DNA from: Gammaproteobacteria bacterium
GTDB taxonomy: Bacteria > Pseudomonadota > Gammaproteobacteria > SZUA-229
Length of the DNA stretch: 32,816 nucleotides
Assembly: GCA_011051475.1 (NCBI GenBank)
Contig: DRLE01000267.1
Span: 1-32,816 of the forward strand
Reading direction: 5' to 3'
Within the stretch, counting starts at the first letter, position 1, and each line of letters opens with the position of its first letter. A program made the position numbers and the translations under genes. Below are positions 30,259 through 32,816 of the stretch, piece by piece. The notes beneath the pieces were generated by a model, which saw nothing but the letters and a program-made list of their open reading frames with translations, searched no databases and had not been told where the DNA came from.

Positions 30259-30343
30259 TTTGCGTTTATTCGCGTTCATTTGCGGAAAAAAAAACCGGCT
30301 TTTGCTTTTTTTTTTGCGCCTTTCGCTTTCTTCGCGGCCAGAA
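30259..30343 (-). repeat. Periodic arms F1 and F2 (right boundary of VPLPA-CTERM cassette)
   Basis: F1 reverse complement: TTTTCCGCAAATGAACGCGAATAAACGCAAA. F2 reverse complement: TTCTGGCCGCGAAGAAAGCGAAAGGCGCAAAAAAAAAAGCA. Confidence 0.8.
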
Positions 30344-30344
30344 A

Positions 30345-30374
30345 CAAAAAAGCCGGCAGAAACGACCGGCTTTT
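30345..30374 (-). terminator. Intrinsic terminator after dksA
   Basis: AAAAGCCGG-CAGAAACGA-CCGGCTTTT with an A-tract on the left. Confidence 0.7.
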
Positions 30375-30397
30375 CGTTAAACACAACAGCGCAAAAG

Positions 30398-30832
30398 TTA
30401 CTTCCCGCGCGTCTGCTTCTCCTTGATTTCATCCAGGCTCTTGCAGTCGATGCACTGTGTTGCGGTAGGACGTGCCTCCATGCGGCGCAGGCCGATTTCG
30501 ACGCCGCAGGTTTCGCAGTAGCCGTACTCGCCGGTGTTCATCAGGGCGAGAGTATCGTCGATTTTCTTGATGAGTTTGCGTTCGCGGTCGCGGGTGCGCA
30601 GTTCGAGGCTGAATTCTTCTTCCTGGGTAGCGCGGTCAGCGGGGTCGGGAAAGTTGGCGGCTTCGTCTTTCATGTGGTCCACGGTGCGGTCGACTTCCGA
30701 CATCAGCTCCATTTTCCAGGCATTGAGGATTTCCCTGAAGTGCTTGAGCTGCGCTTCATTCATGTATTCTTCACCTTTTTTCTCTTTATAAGGCTTAAAG
30801 GTGTGGTTTGTAATTGGCGCTGTATTTGCCAT
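30398..30832 (-). CDS. dksA: RNA polymerase-binding transcription factor DksA
   Basis: NFPDPADRATQEEEF (DxxDxA tip) and a 4-Cys zinc finger CETC...CIDC. Confidence 0.98.
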   Translation of the reverse strand: MANTAPITNHTFKPYKEKKGEEYMNEAQLKHFREILNAWKMELMSEVDRTVDHMKDEAANFPDPADRATQEEEFSLELRTRDRERKLIKKIDDTLALMNTGEYGYCETCGVEIGLRRMEARPTATQCIDCKSLDEIKEKQTRGK

Positions 30833-31047
30833 CTAGAACTCCAGTGTTTCTTGGTGTGTATTTTCTGGATTAAATAAAATCAATAACTTAGGTGTATCTT
30901 TTTCGGTATAAATTTTTGCGAGCGACTATTTACCATAAATTTGCGGCCTATTGCAAATAAAGTGGCTGAATGGCGCCGCCCGATATGCCATTAAATTCAA
31001 TGCCTGTTCTGTCATTATCGCACCAATGTTCGGGGCGAAAACAGTAA

Positions 31048-32816
31048 TTATAGCGGGTTTTTCTGGCTCTGCCCGTTGCCGCTCTGATCGTTGACAAACA
31101 GACGAAACAGCAGGGGGATGGCGAACAGGGTGAGCAGGCTGGAAAACGCCAGCCCCCAGACGATGGCGGTAGCCACCGGTCCCCAGATCAGGGATTTGCC
31201 GCCCAGGCCCAGGGCCAGTGAAGACAGGCCGGCAATGGTGGTCAGGGTGGTGATCAGTATCGGAATAATACGTCGGCGCGCCGCGTATATAGTGGCGTGG
31301 GTGATTTTCATGCCCCGGCGCAGGCGCTCGTTGGCAGCGGAAATCAGCACGATGGCGGCATTAACCGCGATACCGGCCAGGGCCACTACGCCATAAAGCG
31401 TGTACAGGCTGAGCGGGTTGCCGGTAATCAGCAGGCCCAGGGTAACACCGGTAAATGCCATGGGAATGGTGGAGATAATAATCAAGGGCTGGAAATAGCT
31501 TTTGAACTGCGTGCCGAGGATGGCGTAGATCAGCAGTGTGCCGAACAGCAGCAGGGTGAGCATGGAATTCATGCTTTCCTTGATGTCGTCCAGCTCGCCG
31601 CTGAAGTCGAGATCGTTATCGGGGAAGCGGTGGGCAATGGCATGCCAGCGCTGCTGGATCAGTTCATTGGCCTCGACCGTGTTCATGACGCTCTTGTCGA
31701 GATCGGCTTCGATAGTAATGGCGCGACGGTAGTTATAGTGGCGGATATTGCCCGGCCCGGTATCCCGGCTGTCATCAAGGAAAAAGGACAGTGGCCGGCT
31801 GCTGCCGTCGGGCAGGCTGATCTGGGTATAGAGCAGGCTTTCAATGGTGTGCAGGTCACGCGGTTCGGCACGTACGCGAATGTCCAGGGTTTCGCCCTGG
31901 TGCTGCATGGAAGCGACGACCTCACCGTCGACCAGCAGGCGCAGGTTGCGGGCGATCAGGGCAGGACTGATACCGCTCTGCTGAATGGCATAGCTGTCGA
32001 ATACCAGGTTCAGCTCATTGCGGCCTTTGGAGGCATCATCGGAAATGTCCTTGATGGCCGGGATACTGTGCAGAATGCCTTTCAGGGCATCGGCCGCCTG
32101 CTGCAGCTGTTCAAGTTTGTCACCGCGTATCTTGACACTGACCGGTTTTTCTACCGGCGGGCCGCCGGCGAGACGGAAGAAGGAAATGTTCAGCGGTCCG
32201 GGGTAGTCGCTGACCGCGCTGCGGATTGCGTTGAGCACCGTGTCAACATGGCGGAAGCGGTTGTCGTCATCGGGCTTCAGGCTGACCATGATCTGCCCGT
32301 ACTGGTTGCCGAAGAACGGCTCCTTCTCGGTAAACATCTGGCCGGCATAACTGACCAGGGCGCGGGTTTCGTCCTTGTGCAGGATGCTGCGGGCTATGGA
32401 CTCGATTTCGACCGTGGTTTTCAGGGTCTGCTGCAGCGGCGTGCCCGGCGGCATTTCCACATTGATATAGAACTTGCGGATCGGGTCGCTGGCAAAAAAG
32501 TTAAACTCGACCATCTGCGCCGCAATGGCGCCGACTGCCAGAATAAAGGGCAGCACAATAACCACCATGGCGCGTAGCGGATAGCGCATGACCCTGATCA
32601 GGGCGCGCACATAGGCAATCTGCAGTTTGTGGGTATAGCGATGGCGCCACTGCTGGATTTTCGAGGGCTGATTGAAATCGGTTTTCGAGGCGATAACGTG
32701 CGCCGGCAGCATCCAGTAGGCTTCTACCAGGCTGATGGCCAGGGCAATGGAGACCACCAGCGGCACCACCATCATAAACTTGCCCATAATGCCGGGCATC
32801 AGCACCAGCGGCAGGA
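31048..32816 (-). CDS. AcrB/RND-family efflux transporter (5' part outside window)
   Basis: The frame is open to the right edge. Motifs VEAYWMLPAH, GTQFKSYFQPLII, GIAVNAAIVL, RIIPILITTLTTIAGL. Confidence 0.93.
   Translation of the reverse strand, partial: LPLVLMPGIMGKFMMVVPLVVSIALAISLVEAYWMLPAHVIASKTDFNQPSKIQQWRHRYTHKLQIAYVRALIRVMRYPLRAMVVIVLPFILAVGAIAAQMVEFNFFASDPIRKFYINVEMPPGTPLQQTLKTTVEIESIARSILHKDETRALVSYAGQMFTEKEPFFGNQYGQIMVSLKPDDDNRFRHVDTVLNAIRSAVSDYPGPLNISFFRLAGGPPVEKPVSVKIRGDKLEQLQQAADALKGILHSIPAIKDISDDASKGRNELNLVFDSYAIQQSGISPALIARNLRLLVDGEVVASMQHQGETLDIRVRAEPRDLHTIESLLYTQISLPDGSSRPLSFFLDDSRDTGPGNIRHYNYRRAITIEADLDKSVMNTVEANELIQQRWHAIAHRFPDNDLDFSGELDDIKESMNSMLTLLLFGTLLIYAILGTQFKSYFQPLIIISTIPMAFTGVTLGLLITGNPLSLYTLYGVVALAGIAVNAAIVLISAANERLRRGMKITHATIYAARRRIIPILITTLTTIAGLSSLALGLGGKSLIWGPVATAIVWGLAFSSLLTLFAIPLLFRLFVNDQSGNGQSQKNPL

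Noticed and set aside
19232-30343. CRISPR interpretation of the recurring repeats
   Set aside because: There are no regularly spaced direct repeats with unique spacers and no cas genes; the repeats are inverted and dispersed.

Overview
This is a chromosomal window from a gammaproteobacterium, inferred from the metY-rimP-nusA-infB-rbfA-truB-rpsO-pnp gene order and the dksA, gluQ, rof and yggU genes. At the left end is a large minus-strand gene missing from the ORF track because it runs off the window. I translated it by hand: it encodes a lipoprotein of more than 890 aa with an Ig-like domain and at least 7 CxxCH heme motifs. It is divergent from a hemerythrin / DUF2249 / polytopic membrane protein operon that has an FNR/Crp-type class II promoter. 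The middle holds the core translation operon, a SPOR lipoprotein, a four-gene TatT-containing TRAP transporter, AmmeMemoRadiSam proteins A and B, rof, a HAD-IIA hydrolase, SulP, DUF167, an HPP protein, acs, gluQ, a VPLPA-CTERM protein, dksA and a partial RND transporter. The most unusual signal is non-coding. Several intergenic gaps from 19.2 to 30.3 kb are bounded by inverted 'arms' built from 2-3 tandem 8-10-nt units (core CRCRRA: CACAGAG, CGCAGAG, CGCGAAG, CGCAAAT). The unit variant mostly matches between partner arms, and the arms enclose other palindromic repeats (GTAG-type REPs, TCATTGCGAGCG...GCAATCTC motifs). One arm pair brackets a 1.5-kb cassette containing the whole VPLPA-CTERM gene, between the normally adjacent dksA and gluQ. 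No transposase, integrase, CRISPR array or rRNA gene is visible. All family assignments come from motif recognition; no database search was run.
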